A DNA stretch of 64,000 nt, taken from positions 997 to 64,996 of the forward strand of contig JBKBWZ010000004.1 of NCBI GenBank assembly GCA_046314385.1, in the 5' to 3' direction. Positions within the stretch are counted from its first letter, which is position 1. Each line of letters opens with the position of its first letter. The notes beneath the pieces are model-generated. The model made no database searches, was not told where the DNA came from, and was given only the letters and a program-made list of their open reading frames with translations. Below, one piece after another: positions 63,879-64,000 of this stretch. Both the position numbers and the translations under genes were made by a program. Source of the DNA: Alphaproteobacteria bacterium. Its GTDB lineage: Bacteria > Pseudomonadota > Alphaproteobacteria > Micavibrionales > UBA2020.

Positions 63879-64000
63879 CGCCTTGTCCTTCCGGTTTTGG
63901 CTGCGGGGAATTTCCTAGACCCCGCCGTGCCGAATCTGTATATCTTCTGTAAAAGCTTCGCAAGGGGGCTTGCCTTCGGCAAAAGATATATCTACAATCT

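Noticed and set aside
1-64000. CRISPR arrays, rRNA genes and IS elements with transposases
   Set aside because: I saw no regularly spaced direct repeats, no rRNA-like conserved strings, and no transposase-like ORFs (DDE or HUH motifs) in the ORF track.

Overview
All calls come from reading the ORF track and the sequence. No homology search was run, so family names are motif-level recognition from memory. The gene content looks like an alphaproteobacterial-type chromosome (inference). The left ~33.5 kb is mosaic accessory DNA and the right ~30 kb is ordinary core metabolism. (1) 1-14.2 kb is a visibly AT-richer island that continues past the left window edge. It carries a minus-strand array of an XRE-HTH fusion protein, a KAP-family P-loop NTPase and a 2083-aa protein with a nuclease-like head, a STAND-type P-loop NTPase and a long uncharacterised C-terminus. 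It also carries an overlapping two-gene module, a small-protein/membrane-protein pair and a small GIY-YIG-like gene. I consider this the best candidate for an undescribed (anti-phage type) system. (2) 14.26-17.7 kb is a GC-rich phage-type remnant: an internally deleted methylase remnant, a DUF5681-like gene, a ParB-domain DNA methyltransferase, a GIY-YIG protein and a lipoprotein. (3) ~17.8-33.5 kb looks like an integrative mobilizable element. It has a tyrosine integrase, a czcCBA-type RND metal efflux operon with His-rich accessory proteins, a CPC-type P1B ATPase, an AbiEi/AbiEii pair, an RSF1010-like oriT, a MobA/MobL relaxase with 56-aa tandem repeats, and a ~700-bp ORF-free tail with strong predicted secondary structure. 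(4) 33.5-64 kb is core. It holds DUF808, MscS, a SET-domain protein, an orphan GspF-like protein, a conserved SDR/DUF3833/MFS/chalcone-isomerase-like/CFA-synthase/DUF1365/FAD-oxidoreductase cluster, a two-component system and ArsR plus glutathione peroxidase. It also holds a complete urate-to-glyoxylate pathway next to malate synthase, and a pncB-pncA-nadE NAD salvage operon. I found no rRNA, convincing tRNA or CRISPR array.
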